This document shows positions 50,486 through 63,999 of a stretch of 64,000 bases of DNA, in pieces (within the stretch, counting starts at the first letter, position 1; each line of letters opens with the position of its first letter). A program made the position numbers and the translations under genes. This DNA comes from Nymphaea colorata (lineage: Eukaryota). The notes beneath the pieces were generated by a model. That model saw only the letters and a list, made by a program, of their open reading frames with translations, was not told the DNA's origin and did no database searches. The stretch spans positions 4,650,001-4,714,000 of the forward strand of contig NC_045138.2 in assembly GCF_008831285.2 (NCBI RefSeq), in the 5' to 3' direction.

Positions 50486-51628
50486 GGGCCCTGTATAGCG
50501 TGGATAAAATGAGAGGATGAAGTGAAAAATGTATGGGCGGGTGAAATTTCACACGCCCAACTAAAAACCCATCAAACAGGGTGGAAAGTTCACCGGCTCG
50601 ACACTGTCGCATTTCACCCCTCTTCCTCCCTTCGCAGCTCCTCCGCGTTTCAACATTCCTGCCTAGGCTTGCCGTTCGAGTTCCGCAGCTCCGTCGCCTT
50701 CTCACCGTCGCACCAAAGGCATCACCGCCATGACCGTCGCACCAGAGGCGTCGCCATCCTCTGCCCGTTCTCTTTCTCCCTTTCTCTCTTGCTCTCTGAT
50801 GCCTTCCCTTTCTCTCTTGCCGTAACTTGTTCTTCTCTGACATCTCACCTGCAAGGAAGAGGGACGCAGAGACAGGGCAGCACCCGCTCGCCCGCTGGTT
50901 TGGGCATTTGTAGAGGGGATTTTGCGTGTTTGCCTTGATATTATGCTTTGCTCTTCAGATTGCAAAAAATGCGCTTGTTGATGTTGTTATTCATTTGTTC
51001 ATGGCATTCGGGCATCTGGGCATTTGGGCACTCGAATTAAAACAAACGTCGTCAGTGCGCTTTCAATGGAGATTTTTGTTCTGTTAGTGTGTTCCTGCTT
51101 CCAAAAGCACAAGTGAAGGGTCATGATCCTCTAGTGGGCTAACCTGCCGTATGTTTGCCCTGTATCCACATAAAAAGGGCATTTGGGCATTCATGGAACC
51201 CTTCATAAAATTGAGATGGGTGTTTCTCAGCAAGTATTACCAATTCTTGTTTTGTGTTGGACCTGACCGTTTTTCACATTGCTTGATATGTGTACTCTTC
51301 AGCAGATGCTGAGATTACTGCTATCTCAGCAGGAACTTGCCAATTTTTGTTGAATTGAGCCAATTGGCTTTGATTGCTTGATATTTATGCCCTTGAATTG
51401 CAGCCCCCAAATGTTGGTTTTTGAGATTGGTGCTTTGTCAACATATACCACGTTAAATTCTTCTTGTGGATCAAACAAGTTTAAATTTACCACGTTAAAT
51501 TTCACTCTACAATCAAACAGGGCCTCAGGTTGAAAGAGAGAGAAATTTCATCCTGTTTTTTTTTTTCAAAAAAATTTACCGTGGTAAATTTACCATGTTA
51601 AATTCTTCCTTGTGCATCAAACGCACCC
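50486..51628. mobile_element. Tourist/Harbinger-bounded element with a GC-rich gene-like interior
   Basis: Left end TTA|GGGCCCTGT; right ends ATCAAACAGGGCC (~51525) and CATCAAACGCACCC (51628). The interior is a GC/CT-rich block followed by T-rich intron-like DNA. Confidence 0.4.
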
Positions 51629-52809
51629 TAGATGCCTAGTATTTTCTTTTCCTCTTAAAATCCCAGTCGATGAATCAAGAACAAATTGATAGTGACCCCT
51701 TCTTTTTTTTCCAGTCATTCATTTTTTTAAGAAATTATTTCTTTCAAATTTTTAATGTTGCCTCAGTTATTAATTATTTTTTCTCACTTTAAAAAGTTAA
51801 AAAAAATTAAATACCAACAACTTAAAATATGTCATAGTGTTATAAAATATGTCATAGTGTTATAGGAGAAATTATGGCTACGGTGATAATATAATGTACA
51901 CGATGGATGTTATACGATAATGTAAATCATATTATTGAGAGACCGGTGAGTCCTGTCACTTATTCATCTAATATGTAGTTTATAGATAGAATAGTTCTTC
52001 TCTTTCTATTCTTCTTTTTGTTCTTCTTTCAACAAAATCTGACTAGTTCAATTTAAATTTGATTCCACAAAGTAGAATAGATAAATTGCATTTTATCTCA
52101 CTTTTGCAAATTAGTCTAAGATGAAGCATTTTGAAATATTGATTTTTGAGTTTTGATTGTGGAAATAGCTTGATATATATTGATTTTCGAAAATGGCATG
52201 ATTTTTCGAGATGATTGAAATTTTGGAAAGGTGTATTCCCAAATGGGTTTTGTAAAAAATTGAATTTCTGTTGTGGTTTTGGACTTGATGGATGTCTTTG
52301 TTTTGGATCTAGGGATTTCTTTTTGAAACCCAACAAGATTAGATATTTTTGTCAATTGTTGATTTCTGAAAATTTCAGAGATGAATGGGTTGGGACGGGT
52401 TCATTTCAATTGATATATTCCATTTACAATATCGACCACACTTAAATTGAGTGAATCAGATTCTTTCTTGGTGGAATCGATTTGATGAGACCTTGCTCAT
52501 CCAAGGAGTAAGGAAACCATTCAGGCTTCACTGCTCTTCTTTTTCTTTGCATACATCATTAAAAATTCAATAACATAAACGAATGAACAACATTTTTTTC
52601 CAAGCCCATAGTAGGAGGACTCTTTAAAAATTAGATTTTCGTTTATGGAATAAACTCAGCTTGAATATGCTATTTCCCAATTTTCAAAAATAGAAAATTT
52701 AGTTTGGATTAGTTGTGAGAATGGCGATGCACATATGCTTTTAATATGTCTTTAAACTCTACCGGCAGCGAGACAGTCCATCAGTAAAATATAACTTTTC
52801 ACTCATTCA

Positions 52810-53300
52810 AACAATTCGGCATGTGAACTAGTGTCTTCAGCCCATTAGAATACTCTACAATCAATGATTTGAGGGCAGGCATGTCACCAATTCTGGTGAG
52901 CCCATTGCACTGCTCTATCTCATGTACTTCAATGAAGGCAAGCTCATTAGCTCATGCAATGCTGGGCAACCAATGACCTATAGGTTGCAAAGCCTCCAAC
53001 ACACCACTTTGTTCAGAAGCACTAGTGACTTTGTCATCAACTAGTGTCTGAAAGTGTACTTCCAAACTGATTAGACCAAGCTTCTCCTTAAGTAATTGTG
53101 CTTTTTCTGCATCGGTTGCTTTTAATGTTCTCCCCAAACCTTCTATTGACAACTTCCCTTTTAGTTTATTCAAGCCTTGTAGTTCTCTAAAAGTGCAAGA
53201 TCTCCAATGGCATTTGGAAGCTCGTGGATCCCACAGCCCTCCAATGACAACACCCTCAGCCACTTTAAATTGATAATGCAGGCAATATTAACTAAATGCC
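52810..53300 (-). pseudogene. NLR LRR pseudogene fragment
   Basis: Peptides NLKWLRVLSLEGCGIHELPNAIGDLALL, LQGLNKLKGKLSIEGL, EKAQLLKEKLGLISLEVHF...SGVLEALQP and CNGLTRIGDMPALKSL lie in shifting frames. It is highly similar to 17180-17490. Confidence 0.88.
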
Positions 53301-56099
53301 AATGCTCCCGAGGCACCATGCATGGGCAGCTCTGGATCCTGTATGATGCCATGAGCACTTCTTCGAAAGCCTTAGTGACCAACCTCAAAAGAATGATGAC
53401 CAAAATACTCTTGATTAAGTGAAACTGAGGGAAACCGGTCTTATACACACCTCTATGTATGCATTCACGGGAGTGTGTAATGACCAAATTGCTGCTAATA
53501 AAGTCAAAAAATGAAAATTTTAATAGGATGAAAGGAGATTGTAAAAAAGTAAAAAGATTCGAAAGTAATTTCATTATCTAAAATTTTTAAACTACCCCCA
53601 CCCCCTCTATTTTTTGTCAGATTGCATATTTATTGCATGCACAAAGTAGTGAGAAAAAAAGAGAGAAATTTTTGAATAATGAAATGTGCTTTTTAGTATT
53701 TTTACAAGGCTAACAAAAAGATATGAAAAAATTTAAAAGTGTAAAAAGTAGATTTCTTTATTAAAACAATTCCTAAAATACCTCAACCCCACAATCTTTC
53801 ACCTCAAACGACTCTTAATGCTATTCATAAATATATGACCACATGAGTAAGTACAAAATCTCGACTTTTTAAATGAGCGATAAACAGTATTTTAAACAAA
53901 ATGTGGACCACCTAATGTGTTTTTAAATAATAATTTAATGTAAATCATGTTTTAGGTGAAGTTTTATTTTTGTATACAAAAAAAAGGTCTTTCTACAGTC
54001 AAGATTTTGACGTTATAAGAGTCATTTATTTTTTATTATTAAAAAATATTATTAAAACAAGAAAAGCGTCCAAAGACGTTTTTCTCTGCCATGATAAATC
54101 AACCATGGCAGTTTAGAAATGTCACTTTAAGCTATTTGAATGACATGCTCTAACGGTAGTTAAAAAAGAAAAAAAAGGTCATGGAAATGTTTCCAATGTC
54201 ACATTATATTTGCTATAAAAGGAATGGATTATGGAAAATGCAAATAAAAAGCAATCACCCACTCTACTGTCAATGGTGTTTTCTATGGTGCACTTTTTTT
54301 TTTTCCGCACCAAAATGCTTTCAGTGATATTTGAAGAGCTCCACTAAAGATTTGTATTCTTGTAGCACCACTAGCTATGAGTCAAAGATGGCTTTATTTA
54401 TTCACTCATTTCTTTCTTTCTTTCTATTTCTTTTTTATGGCAAGAGGTCATCCGGGTGTTTGTTTGTTTTTTTCTCTATCTCTTTTTTTAAACATATCTC
54501 TTTAATTCTCTCTCCCTCTTTTTGTCTATATCTCAAAGTCTAAATTTTCAATTTCGACAATCTTTGGTCTAAAATCTATTTCTTTTTTATGTCAAGGGGT
54601 CAGCCGGGTGGGTTTTTTTTTTGGTACCTAAAAAATAGTTTCATCAATTTGTTTAACAGAAAATTAATGCAGGGGGTCTCTAAAGTAGATGTATGTGGGG
54701 GAGGAGGAGAGGTCGGTGGAAGTAAATGATAAGAAGGGTATTGGTATATGCTTTGGAAATCATCTGAAATAGCTATGGAATGTGATAAGTACCCATCAGG
54801 TCAGGTTATTGACCTGATAATATATATATATATATATATAATATTTTATTTAAAAATATTTTTTAAAATTAAATCAGGTCGGGTCCGATCCGAACTCGGG
54901 CTCAGGTTTTCTGAGTCAGGCCAGCCCCAGGCACGAGTTTTGGATGTCGGTCCAGCCTGGGCCCGACTGATTATATGCCGAGGCTTATTCTTTTCTTTCG
55001 TTATATGCCGAGGTTAATTCTTTCCATTCAAATTAAAGACTTTCTATTTTGTTGGAAACATAATATATTAAATATGCCATGAGAACATAAAACCGTTAGA
55101 GTGCATACTTATCAAATATGCATGAAAGAAGCCAAATTTTAGGTGTTGCGCTGTTTACAAGTAGGGAACTAAATCGCCATCTCCTTACTTAGTGGAAGTA
55201 TTAATGCCATAAACACTTTTTGGGAAGCCTTAGCTCCTGTTTGAAAATGTGGCATTTTACTATAGAGGTGAAACTTTTAATTCGAATTTCAAGAAAATTT
55301 CCAGCAACAAACAAACGTGGGACAATATTTGTGCCGGGAGTTTTTCGGTGGCTTTAGAGTTTTGGTACCAATATTTGTGCCGGGAGTTTTTCGGCGGCTT
55401 TAGAGTTTTGGTACCATCATTCAAGTTTCACCGAAACAAGTAGAACTTTAATGCCAGGATTCTAAACAGTTAGAATTTAAGCAACAAGCACAAATAAACA
55501 TGGATTTAAAATGCTTGAACAAAAGTTTCATATCATTAAACAATGTGTGATATATGGAAAGTAGAACTTTTATTCAACCTAAAAGGTAACCAATAATAAA
55601 CATCCAGCATGCTAATACCATTTATTCAAACGTTACCTTAGAGATTAACCTTTCTTAGAATCTTACACTTTGCAAAAGATTTAAAAATTCGTTGCTTTCA
55701 TATGTCCACCTGAATTAAAGAAAAAAAAACACACACACACACACACTATAAAATGCATGAATTATAAATTACTTGACTATAAGCAGTTTCCATACATTTT
55801 TTCAAACATCTCACATAATTTTGGAGAAACGTATATAGTGCTAGCTAGTGCACGTTCTTAAGAGTTAAGGATGTAAGCACGTTCTGTGAAGATGATTAAC
55901 CTAAACATGAAAAACCAAAACTTTGAAGGCCGCACAAACAATGTACCTTTGTATACTATTCCCTAACTTTGGATTTTGCACCAATTAATCTGGGCCTTTT
56001 GCACCAATTGATGGATAGAAAACATAATAATATTTGAAATTTATTTTTTAAAATTTTCTTAAAGGAAAAAGGTGATTTTTAGTATCTGTACAGATTCAC

Positions 56100-56415
56100 A
56101 TGGTACTAGAACTGCTGATTCTGAATCCAATGTCAACTGAATGAGGTTAGGCAGTTGCTCAAGCAATTTCCATCCCAATCTTGCACTTGGGCAATTCAAC
56201 ACTGACAGCCTTTGCAGCTGAGTCACTTGACCCTCATGCCCTGCCAGCTCCTATAGAGCATCAATTAGGCCTTCTGTCTGCATCTTTCGGCAATTCTCAA
56301 ATTTTGCCCATGGCATATCAGGGCATAGAAGTAAATGTCGTTCCCAATTGGACAAATTCTTCACGTTCAGTTTCTCAAGTGTAAGAAGGTGAGTAGGGAG
56401 CCGCTTCAATTTTTG
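56100..56415 (-). pseudogene. NLR LRR pseudogene fragment
   Basis: Nucleotide match to 62751-63030 (e.g. aatgaggttaggcagttgctc-agcaatttccatcccaatcttgcacttgggcaattc). Its flank 55993-56097 matches the NLR downstream region 61937-62044. Confidence 0.88.
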
Positions 56416-56485
56416 TGTAGACACTGTTGCCTACACAAAAAAAAAAAAACACCCTCAGCTAGGCATACTTTATATATATATATAT

Positions 56486-59414
56486 TGTAGCGCTTGGCTT
56501 TTGTTTTGGTAGAACGCGTCGGGTCAGGGTCCAGACCCAGACCCGAGCCCCACACGCGTGAGGAGCCCGACGCCACGGCCCGTCTCCCCTTTCTCGTTCC
56601 CCTTCTCCCTCGTTTCCCCTCTACGTCTCTCCCTTACCCACGGCCGGAGCTCAGCATAGAGAAGAAGAAGGAGACAGAGGTCGGTGCAGCAGTGGCGGCG
56701 GCGGTAGTGGCGACGGTGGCAGCGTGGGTAAGCTTCCTCTCTCGCCTTCTCTGTCTGCTTCTTCTCCTCCCTCCCACGCAGCCTCTCCCTCCTTCGTTAG
56801 CACCCCCTGCCACATGATTTATCCCTCTCCCTCTCTGCTAGAGCTCCCTCCTCGTCCCGTCCGTCTCCTCTTCACCATCTCCCTCTTTTGCCCCATTCGA
56901 TTTCCCTCCCCTTTGCCGTCTTTCCCCTTTCTGTCTGAACCCTCCTTCCCTCACTCTCTTTTCTGTCCGTCTCTTTTGTCAGTGCCTTTCCCCTACCCTC
57001 ACATTCCCTACTTGAGCTCTTCTCCCCATTTTCTATTTGTTTTCCCATTTTTCCCCAACCAAGAACTCTTCTTTACTGATTTTATCACTGTTTGATTGGA
57101 TTCCAGTTTGGGGGACGTGTTCTTCCCCGCATAGCAGTGTTTAGAAGGCCTTGGTGTGGCGGCATTGAAGGATTTTAGCTGCTGGGGGACCATTTGGACT
57201 TGTGAGGTGGCTGCCGGAAGGATTGCAGCAGCCTAGACTCTTGACTTGGGGTGAGCAAGGCGTAATTGAACCCATTTTATTGTATAGTTTTCTTTGGAGC
57301 ATGTATAATTATTGTTTGAGCATGCTAGAAGGTATAATTGATGGTTTGGGATGCATGCAAGCGACCTTGCTTTTGGGGAAAGTGTAGGATTATGATTTTT
57401 TTTAAGCATGATAGGTTGATTTTCAATGCAATAGGGAAGCATGGTAGACTTAGTGATGTTGTGCAGAAGCGTAGGACCGTCTTTGGTAACGCTTGGAGCA
57501 CCTTGGTCGACGCGGGTGGTATGTGTAGGTAGGAAGGTGGTGTGCATGTTGGGATGATGCCTCAACTAAAGGAAAGTTAATGAGAAATGTGTTAAGGATG
57601 GATTGAGCGAAGCATTGGGTTTTGACGTTGGGTGGCAACGGTAAGAAGTTGCGAAGTGGCCTATTGGAGGGCTTGTAGGTCAACACTACCCGTCAACACC
57701 TTCTTGAGGCGATGGCATGTGCCTCAATGATTCTGTTTTGTATTTGTTTGGATTGCGAAGCTAACTAGTAGAAATCTGATCTTTTGTTTATGTTTGCAGG
57801 TACATCGGGCACGTCCCATCGACCTTGAGCTGTTAGATTTGAAGCTCGAGGCATTTTGAAGAGTTTGTGAGCGCGCCACAGGTATGGCGACATTCTAAGC
57901 AAATCCCTGCCTGAAGCAAATGTGTGATTGTGTGCTCCTATGATCATAGGATCCTAAGATTGTGATGTGAATTGATTGATTGTTTCGTGAATGAGTATAT
58001 GTATGCTTGGATATATAACATGAACTATTTTGAAGGGCTATTAGTAGTTTGTTTTGAAAATGACACATTTGCATGTTCATGGTAGAATTGATAACTGTTT
58101 AGGACAGATGAGGCGGGGTATCGAGTCGAGTGCCTCCTTGACCCCAATTGTGCATTAGATAGCATCATAGAATGATAACTGCATAGGACAGCTACGAGCC
58201 AATCGCAGATCGAGACTACTCTCTGTGGTTTGGCTAAGTTTTTAAAGATGTGATTGATGCTATAATTGACATGAATGTGTATTTTGTTGCATATACATTG
58301 CCGTGGGTAATAATGCAAATGAATGGATTGGAGGCTAATTGTACCCATAGTGTATGACGGCTAGTTATGACTATTAGTGTTATGAGTAGACCTCGTGTGG
58401 AGGCATTTGGAGGTGTGGGTGCACTCGTGAAGTGTATCAACCTCATGAGCTAGCCAGTCAATCTGTGAATACATTCTTCTAATGATAATATTGAATGATT
58501 AAGAGGTGAGAGGCCAGTGGGATGTGTCTGTGTGTTTGGGAGACATCCCGTTCTCACCACTGGTCTCGCCTATCGGAGCGCAGGCGGTGCAAGGCCCCAG
58601 GGTACTGTTGTGTGTTGTGCTTGGAGCGTTGGGCTCCCGCCTTCTCAACCTGGGTGTCTTAGGGAAGGCTGAGTATCTCTCCTTGGACTTCACACATCCA
58701 TGGATGAGTGCTCTACTGCTGCAGTGGATGAAATGGATCCATACTATTATGGGCCACCACGGGGGTTGTCTCTCGGCTGTAGACTGCCCATGGTGTGAAC
58801 GTGCTTGTGTTGCACCCACAAGAACTGTTAATTTACTAAAGTCAATGAAAATGTAATGTATATGATTCTACGTGACCGATCTGCATGTGATTGATGTGAA
58901 AGCATGTGATTGAAACTGTGTACTGTAGCCATTGAGTGGCTTGTACGTGTCATGCTCTGACACGACATGATGATGAATGATTTTGATAATTGTTTTCTGA
59001 TTTGAGCCCTATCTAAGAGGGTTTGGTATTTTCCTGGCTTGTTGCCATACTGCGAACGCTATGCTTTCAGTTGTTTCTTTTTCAGGTTTTAGTAGATCCG
59101 GGGCAGCAGGTTGAGCAGATGGCTTCACTCACGTCCTACTGGGGAGGTTTTGGGATGTGTCTTTTGTAGTGCCGACGTGTCTTATTTTTGTTTTATTGAT
59201 ATCTTGTTTTTGTTATACATCAATTATATAGTCTGGGGCATTTTTGTTATACATAGATGTGTTTTTGTATGAATTGAAATGATTATATAAATGAAAATTC
59301 GCCCCATTGTTTTGAATTGCTTGGCTCATCTCTTTTGAACTGTTGTGTAGTTGCACCTCGATGTTTGATGTTTAGAAAAAAAATGTTTGAGTGTCAAAAG
59401 GTCGGGGTGTGACA
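56486..59414. mobile_element. Solo LTR (~2.9 kb; Tekay/Del-like) inserted in a TA run
   Basis: TGTAGCGC...GGTCGGGGTGTGACA termini; perfect 5-bp TSD TATAT (a low-complexity target); GC/CT-rich 5' part. Confidence 0.8.
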
Positions 59415-59944
59415 TATATGGATGTATGTATATAATTGGTAAACTTGAAAGCGATTAAACTTTTGGATAAATAGAGCAAAATGACCAAAATATTAAATTA
59501 TAAATAACATTGAAAAATATGAAAATAAAAATCTGGTAATTGAAAACTTTAAGGGAAGTGAAAAACGAAGAAAATATGCAAAAAATAAAAAATATAGATA
59601 AAGTCCCCCTTTGCCTCTGCTATTGCCTCGTGCAATGTGTGGATAGGGAGTGATTCTCAAGACAGAGTTGGGACTCCGCAATGAGATTTTTACAGTTCAA
59701 ACTGATTTGCACGTGTAGAATTAACATATCCGTTAGTGCCATTCGTCAACATGAAGCCCCAAAACATACCATTTTTTTCATTTTTTTTTCTTTTCTCCTT
59801 TATTTCCCTCTCCAATCATCTTGAGACTCTTCGTTTCTTTGCGGTCTTCTTCATTGATTGGATTCTCATGCGAAATTCTTTGGAATCATCTCGAGATTCT
59901 TCATTCTCCTTTGTTGCCTTCTCCAATCATCTTGAGACTCTCCA

Positions 59945-61460
59945 ATCAAAATTAACATACAAATTCAAGAGATCACAATGCATAAGAGCATGATGAGTTA
60001 AAAAACCATGATTTTGCTTCTTGAAAATATGTTTAAAAAATGTGACCTTTTTTAACATAAAAAAGTGGGTCAAACATACCTATGACCTTATTGTTCGCAC
60101 ACCACTCCCACGGTGTGAGCTGGGAAGTTTGCACGCGAAGCAGGAAAAATCAAGTTTTGCTTAAAAAAAGATTTAAAGAGAAAGGGAACCGCCCTTGCCA
60201 CCTAACAGGGGAATCAATCTAAGGTTTGAGTTTTCTCAAGCTTGACAAGAAAAAGATCCCAAAAATGGGAATTTAGAATTGAAAATTGAGAAACAGAATA
60301 TTGGATTTTGAATGGAATTGGGGATTGGGTAATTGAAGCTTTGTTTTTGAAACTGGGATCTTGGAATTGATAATTAAAAGCTTGGGTTAGACTTTAAAAT
60401 TTCAAAGATAGTTTCGATTTTGGCATTTGAAATTTAACTTGAAAATTTTTGGAAGCCTTGGAACCGGAATTCAGTTTTGAAGCCAAAATTGAATTTGGAA
60501 AAATTGGATTAGATAGTTGAAGTCTAGCTTTAATTTTTCAGAATCGGATCTTTAAAATTGAAAATTTGGGTTTGGAATGGTTGGAACTCGATCAATTCAG
60601 AATTTGTGAAAACATCTTTGGGTTTAAGATTTTGATATCTGAATCTAGTTTTGGTATTTTGAGAGATTTGATTTTATTTGGTTGGTTTTGATCTTGAAAT
60701 GAGATCAGAAATATGGAAATTGAGAGTTGAAGTCCAGTTTTAGGAGAAAGATCCAGTGGAATCGTTTTGAAATTGATTTTGAAAGTTGGGGTTTTATAAC
60801 CATGTTGAAAATTTTGTGCTTCTACATCAAGATAAGCAAAGTGCTTATGTTTTTGTTGCAATATGATTTAAACATAGAAGCAACTCCAACTTGATTCACT
60901 TAGATTTTAGTGAATATGAGTGGCATGGAGTGAGTGCATGTATGCATGAAATAAACTGCATGTATATTCATCCTTTGCTCATGCATAATTAAATTTGATC
61001 TCACATAGACATAGGTCCACCTTAGAGGTAGAAAATATAAGACATTCCCCAAGCCCATCCTTGATGTGGAGGAGGACATAAGCTTAGGTTTTAAAATTTT
61101 AATTTTGGAAAGAGGATTTAAAAATTCATTTGATAGGCTGATTTCAACTCATTTTTTACTAGTTCCTAGGAAAAAGGAATTAATTTGTTTGAAAATTTGT
61201 AGGATTTGAGCTTTGGCAAATTTTTTCTTTGGGTAGCAATATCACTTTTATGAATTTCTCTAGGATGAGACGTTTTGAAAAATTGATTCTTGAATTTGGT
61301 TTTGGAAATAGCTTGATATATATTTTTTGTAGAAGGTGGCATGATTTTTGGAAATACGTATTCCCTAATGTGTTCTGTAAAAAATTGAATTTCTTTTGTG
61401 GTTTTGATCTTGATCAAAGTCTAAGGATTTCTTTTTAAAACCCAACAAGATTAGATATTT
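59945..61460 (+). repeat. Repeat Y copy
   Basis: Aligns with 14495-16310, with small deletions. Confidence 0.85.
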
Positions 61461-61630
61461 TTATTTGTGGTCGAACAGGGGAGGCAAGGCTGGGCTTGAC
61501 TTGAAGGTAAGGAGTAGGTGGACGCCAAGCAAATGATGCCTTGGGCAGGGAACGTCTTGAGCAGGGGTCGCCTTGGGCAGGGGACTGCCTTGAGCTGTGA
61601 TGGGGATGCCTTGGGCACGAGTTCAGCTAG

Positions 61631-61833
61631 CACTACAAAAAACCTAAACATTACTGACAACCACATAATGTCGGTGAACATAGAATGCATGTCAGTAATG
61701 GTTTTACCGACATATCGATACACTTTACACAAGCGTCGGTGTAAGGCATCACCAGCGCAACCTAAACATAGGTAAACATTGACTATTAACATCATCCTCT
61801 CGCATTGATAATAATCTATTATTTTCAACATGT
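61631..61833 (+). mobile_element. CACTA/EnSpm terminal remnant
   Basis: CACTACAAAAAA followed by TACCGAC/GTCGGT-type subterminal motifs; homologous to 16907-17115. Confidence 0.7.
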
Positions 61834-62319
61834 TGAAAGGCTGTAGGACGATTTAGATGCTGCTGATATTGACCCAAAAGCTTATCTTGATCATATTAAT
61901 GGCCAACTTGGGATTTTATCGTCAACTAATTAATCGAGGCCTTTGTGCACCAATTGATGGATATAAAATAAAATAAAATTTGAAATTGTTTTTTTAAAAT
62001 TTTCTTAAAGGAAAAAGGTCATTTTTAGTATGTGTACCGATTCAAGCCAAAGGAGATTGCATTTGTCATTTTTACATGGTACCTGCTGGTATTCACATAA
62101 CCGATGTTTGTTTTCAATCACCCCAAAAAAAATCAGAGGATCATTCTGGGTAAGTTAAAGCAGCTAGACAAGACTCTGTTGATGCATAAAAGGTACGCCA
62201 GTTCAGTTCAACAACATTTCAATTTACCAGACCCAAACCAAACAAGAGGGAGAGGAAGAAAGAAGAGGCATATGTAACCAAAATAATTAATTACAATTTG
62301 TCTTCGATTTTCAGTAACA

Positions 62320-63999
62320 TTAGCTATATATGTGTAATCTTTTCCCAAGATGGTCGATTAACTCCTGCGGCAGATGGAGTGCAGGACATCTGAGAATTGT
62401 CAACGATTGAAGGTTGGAGACGCAGGCGATCTGTTGTTGCTGTGCATCAGAGGGACATGTTGTTCCATTTTGTTGTTGTTGGGCAGTAATAGTATTATTC
62501 ACCTCCACCACAGACTTCAGATTGGGGAAGTACCAAAGCGCTAGGTATCTCAGTTTGGGGAGGCATTGCCAGTGGCCTCCCAAGCTGATGTCCTCGGAGA
62601 AAGAGTGTAGGTACAATACCTCCAGTTGAGAGAGACCCCACACCCACTCAGGCACCCTTCCCCATTTGAGCCCATCAACATTTGTGTTGTCTCTCAAATC
62701 CAGATGTTTAAGGGAGTATAGAAATGCCGATACTTGTGATGGCAATGGCGATGGCACTAGTACTGTTGATTCTGAATCCAATTCTAAGTAAATGAGGTTA
62801 GGCAGTTGCTCCAGCAATTTCCATCCCAATCTTGCACTTGGGCAATTCCTCACTGTCAGCCTTTGGAGCCCTGCCAACTCATCACTCAAGCCTTCCATCT
62901 GCATCTTTGGACAATTTTTAAATATCCCCTTTCTTAAGCATGGCATAGAAGTAAATGTTGTTTCCCAGTTGGGCAAATTAGTCACCTCCAATTCCTCAAG
63001 TGAAGGAAGGCGAGTAGGGAGCTGCTTCAAAATGTTCAGGTCAGACAACTTCAACGTCTTTAAAGCTGGCATGTGATCATCAGCTACTTGCTCTACCCTC
63101 CCACATCCCTTCACCTCCAACGACTCCAATGCTGGCAAGTCACCTATCGTGTTGAGCCCATCACACCACTTAATGTCCAAGGACTTCAGCAAAGGAATGC
63201 TTGGCAATGCACCCAATGTTGGGCATTCTCTGACCTCCAATTTTTCCAATGATTTAATTCCTATGACTGTTGCCCATGATGGGCAACTTAGCAGCGACAG
63301 TGTCCGCAGCTTCTTATAATTGGTATCCAAATACCACACAGGCCCATCTCCTTTATAACCACAAATTGCCAACCTCTCTATGCCATGCGGAGGCTCCAAA
63401 GCCTCCAGCAAACCCCTCTCTTCAAAAGCACTACCCACTCTTTCATCCTCTTGCTCCTCAAAATAAATTTCCGCTTTCTCAAATTTTGGGAACTCTAAGT
63501 CCAATTCCAAAGCCCCTACCAATCTCCTGTGTTCAGTAAGGCTACCGAAGACCAATTCCACACCATTTAGCTCATGCCTTTCCTTAAGATGTACCTCCTT
63601 TGCATCCATCACTTTCACCCTTCCCCCCTGCAAACCTCCAATTGACAATTCCCCCTTTAGTTTGTTCAAGTCTTTTAGTTCATTAATATTGCAACCTCTT
63701 GTCTTCCCTTTGTCATCGCATACCATAAACCTATGCAATGTCCGTAAATTAGTAAGCTTCCCCAGGCCTTCAGCTACAAATCTCAATGACCTTGTCCCTT
63801 TCAGGCCAAGATACCTCAAGTTGCACAGTTCACCCATTTCCTTCGGCAATTCTTCAATTCTACTTTGACTTAAATCTAATGTTTGCAAGTTATAGAGTCT
63901 ACCGATTGAACTGGGCAACCATCTCACGTCAGAATAGCTTAGATCAAAATATTTTAGCAGTGAAAGGTCTTCAATGGACTTTGGCAGCTTATCTCTGCT
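62320..63999 (-). CDS. NB-LRR (probably CC-NB-LRR, RGA/RPP13-like) resistance protein, LRR/C-terminal half; 5' part lies outside the window
   Basis: The 535-aa ORF stays open to the window edge (SRDKLPKSIEDLSLLKYFDLSYSDVRWLPSSIG...). It has plant NLR LRRs (LYNLQTLDLS, LCNLRYLGL, LGKLTNLRTLHRF, ELKDLNKLKGELSI, LLEALEPPHGIERLAICGY) and a TAA stop at 62320-62322. Confidence 0.93.
   Translation of the reverse strand, partial: SRDKLPKSIEDLSLLKYFDLSYSDVRWLPSSIGRLYNLQTLDLSQSRIEELPKEMGELCNLRYLGLKGTRSLRFVAEGLGKLTNLRTLHRFMVCDDKGKTRGCNINELKDLNKLKGELSIGGLQGGRVKVMDAKEVHLKERHELNGVELVFGSLTEHRRLVGALELDLEFPKFEKAEIYFEEQEDERVGSAFEERGLLEALEPPHGIERLAICGYKGDGPVWYLDTNYKKLRTLSLLSCPSWATVIGIKSLEKLEVRECPTLGALPSIPLLKSLDIKWCDGLNTIGDLPALESLEVKGCGRVEQVADDHMPALKTLKLSDLNILKQLPTRLPSLEELEVTNLPNWETTFTSMPCLRKGIFKNCPKMQMEGLSDELAGLQRLTVRNCPSARLGWKLLEQLPNLIYLELDSESTVLVPSPLPSQVSAFLYSLKHLDLRDNTNVDGLKWGRVPEWVWGLSQLEVLYLHSFSEDISLGGHWQCLPKLRYLALWYFPNLKSVVEVNNTITAQQQQNGTTCPSDAQQQQIACVSNLQSLTILRCPALHLPQELIDHLGKRLHIYS

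Noticed and set aside
55323..55415. 46-bp tandem duplication (also 30-bp at 4805-4864, ~93-bp at 8135-8320, 73-bp at 47083-47222)
   Set aside because: Ordinary two-copy local duplications.
56494..58856. ORFs within the 56.5-59.4 kb region
   Set aside because: All lie inside a solo LTR, with no gag/pol or host-gene motifs.
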